A stretch of DNA of 64,000 nt from an uncultured bacterium (GTDB lineage Bacteria; Patescibacteriota; Minisyncoccia; Phycocordibacterales; UBA11359): NCBI GenBank assembly GCA_903831815.1, contig CAIKZC010000005.1, forward strand, positions 69 through 64,068, given 5' to 3'. The notes below the pieces were generated by a model. It worked only from the letters and a program-made list of their open reading frames with translations. It was not told the DNA's origin and ran no database searches. Made by a program: the position numbers and the translations under genes. Below, piece after piece: positions 61,121 to 64,000 of this stretch. Numbering within the stretch: the stretch's first letter is position 1; every line of letters starts with the position of its first letter.

Positions 61121-64000
61121 GGTGTCACCTGGACAAAAGTACCTTATACCGGTGACGATTCTCATGATTGGTTCGCAGTTTCTTCAAATGCCACCGGTGA
61201 TAGATTAACTGCAGCAGATGAAGGCAGTGTTGGATCCCTTTGGACTCATACCGACGGTGCCTATGAATTTAAACCACTTAGCTACAATGATGGAACGATA
61301 AACGGTGACGCAATATTTACAGCTGACTCATACCCATTTGATATGTGGGATGGAGGACGTTATGAAGGATGGGCCCCTCAATTTGGTAATGTTTCCGAGA
61401 AGGTTCGTTTCTTTCCATCATCCGGCACAACAACAGTAACCTTTAATATTGGGACAAAAGGAGTTGATTCTGCTTGCGATGGCGAGACGTGTGTTTTTGG
61501 AGACGACACTTCCAATTGGGATTTTGGTGATTTAAATTCCGTATTTAATTTTTATGGAAACAGTAAAAATGATGCGGTTGTTTTCGGAAAAACTTTTGTG
61601 TTCAATGACGAAAGTGCTGTCGAAACTGGCATTATTACCGCTTCCTCAACAATTTTTAACGATTCTAGTTACAATAATTCTGAAATATACGGCGATGCTA
61701 TTTTCAATACTTCCAGAGTTGCTGTTGGTTGGCTACCAAATAACGTAGGAAATGGAGATCAATATTGGGTTTCAATTGCTTCCAATTCCACTGGCGATCG
61801 GTTGGTCGCTGTTGATAATAATCATGGTTCAATTTGGACATACTCCGATGCAACAGGCTCATGGACTGAAGCTCCGGGAACCAATGGACATAATTGGTGG
61901 TCGGTCACCTCAAACGCCGCCGGTGACCGACTAGCTGCCGTTAACTATGATAATAACATTGGTACAATTTGGACATACTCGGATGCTTCCGGCGTTTGGA
62001 CTGAAATACCTGGAATAAGCGGACATTCTTGGGAATCAATAACTTCAAACGCCGCCGGTGACCGATTGACTGCTGTTTACGATGATTATGTTGATCATGT
62101 TCCTTCCGGCACCATTTGGACATACTCGGATGCATCTGGAGTTTGGGTCGAAGCGTCGGAAGCTAGTGGACATAATTGGTATTCTGTAACTTCAAACGCC
62201 GCCGGTGACCGACTAGCTGCAGTTAGTTATGATTATGATATACCTGGCTCAATTTGGACCTACTCAGCCACTTTGGGAGTTTGGACAGAAGCAGAAGGCA
62301 CAAGCGGACACAATTGGTATGGTATCACATCAAATGCTGCTGGAGATCGACTGGCTGCAGTTGAAATGGGCGGCTCAATTTGGACCTACTCAGACACTTC
62401 GGGAGTTTGGACAGAAGCACCCGGTACAAGTGGTAGTAGTTGGCAATCGATCACCTCAAACGCCGCTGGCGACAGATTGGTTGCGTCAGACTATGCTTCT
62501 GGAGCAATTTGGACATATTCAGACTCAATAGGTGTTTGGACAGAAGAACCGGGAACAGATGGACATCGATGGAATTCAATAACTTCAAACGCTACCGGCG
62601 AACGACTGGCTGCGGTTGATAATGATAATATCTTTACATATACGGATGGTCTTTTTGAGAATAAGTCTTTGAGTTACAATCACGGTGTGATATATGGCGA
62701 CGCCACTTTCACAGCCGATTCATATTCGTGGAATTCTTGGGGCGGCGGTAATTTGGAGGATTTTGTTCCTCAGGTAGGAGGAGTTTCTGGAAAAGTAAAA
62801 TTTGTTCCACAATCTGGCACAACCACGATCACATTTAATATTGGGACAAATTCTGCTTGCGATGGCGAGACGTGTGTTTTTGGAGACGACACTTCCAATT
62901 GGGATTTTGGTGATTTAAATTCCGTATTTAATTTCTATGGAGATAGTGAAAGTTATCCAAATATTTCAGCAAAAAATGTCGCTTTTTATGACAATAGCGT
63001 TAATGGATCTAATTTAATAGTCACAAACTGTGAATTCAATGATAACAGTACTAATAGTAATTACATAACCGGTCACTCAATAATATTTAAAGATAATTCA
63101 AGTAATAGTAGCTCGGTTTTTGGTGACAACGTCGATATTTATTTCCCAGTTAACAAACCTTTGGGTGGAACAGTATCGGGTATTGTAACTTACCACGGAT
63201 ATCCGGGATTCTATTTCAACGATCAAGCAGACGGCGCTGCCGGAGACGGGGATTGGAATAACGATCTAAATTGGTGGAGTGACGATGCTTTTACCACTCC
63301 TGCCGATGCAATTCCAACCGCAACTGATGATGTTTATATTTACACAGACATCTTGACTGGCAGTGGTTTAGCGCAAACCATTACATTCGAAAATGGTGCT
63401 AAAAACAAATCTACCGTGACCTCTGTTAATGGCACCACGTTCACCGCAACTTCGAGCAACGAAGGTACAGTTCATGGCAAAACCACCTTCTATGGTGACA
63501 AGACAAATAACACGGGAACTATCTCTAGTCCTAGTTGGAGCAAAGTGGATAATTCTGCAGTTTATTGGCAGTCTGTAGCTTCGAACGCTGCTGGCGATAA
63601 GTTATTTGCAGTCGACAGCAACAATAATGGCGCTATTTGGAAATATACAGACGCTTCCGGAAAGTGGGCTGAGGTGAATGGAACAGAATACGAAAGTGGG
63701 TGGATGTCTATCGCCTCAAACTCTGTCGGAGATCGTTTGGCCGCAATCGATTATGATGGAAATATTTGGGCATACACAGATACTTCCGGAGTTTGGACCG
63801 AGGTACAGGAAAATATTTTTAACGGATGGTACTTTCAAATTACTTCAAACGCCGATGGGGATCGCTTGGCGGCAGTTGATAATAATAAGGGTTCCATTTG
63901 GACATACTCAGATTCTTCCGGTGTTTGGGCTGAAGCTACAGGAACAAGTGGACATGATTGGATGAGTATCGCTTCTAACGCCGTCGGAAATCGATTGGCT
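61121..64000 (+). CDS. BNR/Asp-box repeat protein, continuation in the same frame (partial; runs off the window)
   Basis: No stop in frame from 61121 to 64000. Same repeat architecture. Contains the three about 1.4-kb intragenic direct repeats (ACDGETCVFGDDTSNWDFGDLNSVFNFYG modules). Confidence 0.65.

Overview
This 64 kb window looks like chromosome from a small-genome, AT-rich bacterium of the CPR/Patescibacteria type. It holds a 16S rRNA gene split by a roughly 1.2 kb intron that encodes a double-motif LAGLIDADG homing endonuclease. The 16S gene is not followed by 23S or tRNA, and its 3' tail appears to lack the canonical anti-Shine-Dalgarno sequence. The rest is a dense housekeeping backbone, on both strands: rpmE-prfA-rpsB-tsf, pheS-pheT, gyrB, dnaE, rnhB, rpmF-nusB(Nudix fusion)-rnc, rpsP-KH-trmD, rpoB-rpoC-dnaG-rpoD and a UvrD-like helicase-nuclease on the plus strand; thrS, rnr and hisS on the minus strand. 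Native genes are mostly SD-less or leaderless, with the -10 box 6-9 nt from the ATG. Three things stand out against this backbone. (1) A family of at least 7 intergenic palindromic elements of about 90-140 nt, each a conserved two-hairpin GC-rich core with covarying stems, embedded in a long copy-specific perfect outer stem that looks like a terminator. (2) About 10 GC-rich single-gene cassettes dispersed between housekeeping genes, each with a near-consensus sigma70 promoter, a long leader, a strong SD and its own terminator. One pair (22644-24179) consists of diverged tandem paralogs bounded by an 85-90 bp repeat. (3) Two GC-rich promoter-to-terminator loci with no convincing ORF, which are candidate structured RNAs; one carries a tRNA-like T-arm. 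Also present: tRNA-Thr(UGU) followed by a very AT-rich HNH endonuclease gene, a sortase next to a PKD-like repeat surface protein with a VPYTG signal, and a giant BNR/Asp-box repeat gene that runs off the window and carries a frameshift and an in-frame TAG.
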